From: Candidatus Omnitrophota bacterium
GTDB taxonomy: Bacteria > Ratteibacteria > UBA8468 > B48-G9 > JAFGKM01
NCBI GenBank assembly: GCA_023819225.1
Contig: JAMWCZ010000003.1
Span: 1-36,450, forward strand
Direction of reading: 5' to 3'
Length of the DNA stretch: 36,450 nt
Shown here: positions 36,025 to 36,450 of the stretch, piece by piece
How positions within the stretch are numbered: position 1 is the stretch's first letter
Layout: each line of letters starts with the position of its first letter
Notes under the pieces: generated by a model
Seen by the model: only the letters and a program-made list of their open reading frames with translations
What the model was told of the DNA's origin: nothing
Databases searched by the model: none
Program-made: the position numbers and the translations under genes

Positions 36025-36450
36025 ATGGAAAATAAACTTATCATTATTGGAGGAGGCCCTGCTGGAATGACAGCAGGTATATATACATTACGGGCAGGGA
36101 TAAAAACAACTATCATCGAAAAATCATTCCCTGGTGGTAATATGCTGCTTACAGAAAAGATAGACAACTATCCTGGATTTCCTGAAGGTGTTTCTGGTAT
36201 AGAACTGGCGGAGAAGATGAAACAGCAGTATCTGAAATTTGGTGGAGAGATAGTGCAGGGTGAGGTTCTGGATATATCTCTTGAAGGAAATAGAAAGATT
36301 ATCAGGATGGTTGATGGCAGAGAGATAAAAACTGATGCCATTATAATAGCCAGTGGCTCTTCCAGGAAAAAACTTGGCGTTGAAGGGGAAGATGAATATA
36401 CAGGCAAAGGAGTTTCTTTCTGTGCTATATGTGATGGCGCTTTCTTTAAA
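36025..36450 (+). CDS. trxB: Thioredoxin reductase (5' partial, runs off the window)
   Basis: Not in the ORF track because no stop is reached. MENKLIIIGGGPAGMTAGIY has the FAD motif GGGPAG. The redox-active CAICDG is at the window end. Confidence 0.85.
   Translation, partial: MENKLIIIGGGPAGMTAGIYTLRAGIKTTIIEKSFPGGNMLLTEKIDNYPGFPEGVSGIELAEKMKQQYLKFGGEIVQGEVLDISLEGNRKIIRMVDGREIKTDAIIIASGSSRKKLGVEGEDEYTGKGVSFCAICDGAFFK

Overview
Chromosomal window from an AT-rich bacterium whose intergenic regions are packed with GC-rich repeats. It is probably an uncultivated lineage; taxonomy cannot be assigned without a database search. Most genes are housekeeping: dapF, glyQ, tRNA-Leu(GAG), a beta-CASP RNase, smpB plus tmRNA, an amidase-queD-purC operon, argB-argD-argF plus an M24 peptidase, gdh, thiL, uvrA, a deoxyhypusine-synthase-like gene, an EamA transporter, dnaJ, a stand-alone 16S rRNA, tRNA-Pro(GGG), an AcsE-like methyltransferase, a DUF167 gene, an ECF sigma / ZAS anti-sigma pair and partial trxB. 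Five things are not routine. (1) A translationally coupled operon (2625-9561) encodes a TPR lipoprotein, a 1461-aa fusion of a catalytically degenerate M28-like ectodomain with a MacB/FtsX-type permease, and a 665-aa OPT-like membrane protein. No ABC ATPase is nearby. (2) A conserved ~105-nt module sits next to a second copy of the 3' end of the gene, downstream of both tRNA-Leu and tmRNA. (3) A 138-bp, 100 % identical structured element lies in inverted orientation directly upstream of the gdh and pilX-like promoters, each copy preceded by a hairpin-repeat array. Together the two copies bracket 8.7 kb. (4) An orphan three-gene pilin-like cluster includes a 609-aa beta-helical PilX-like protein. 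(5) A pervasive family of palindromic CCCTCTCCCC-N4-GGGGAGAGGG units has G-quadruplex potential. No CRISPR array, transposase, integrase or recognisable defence gene was seen.
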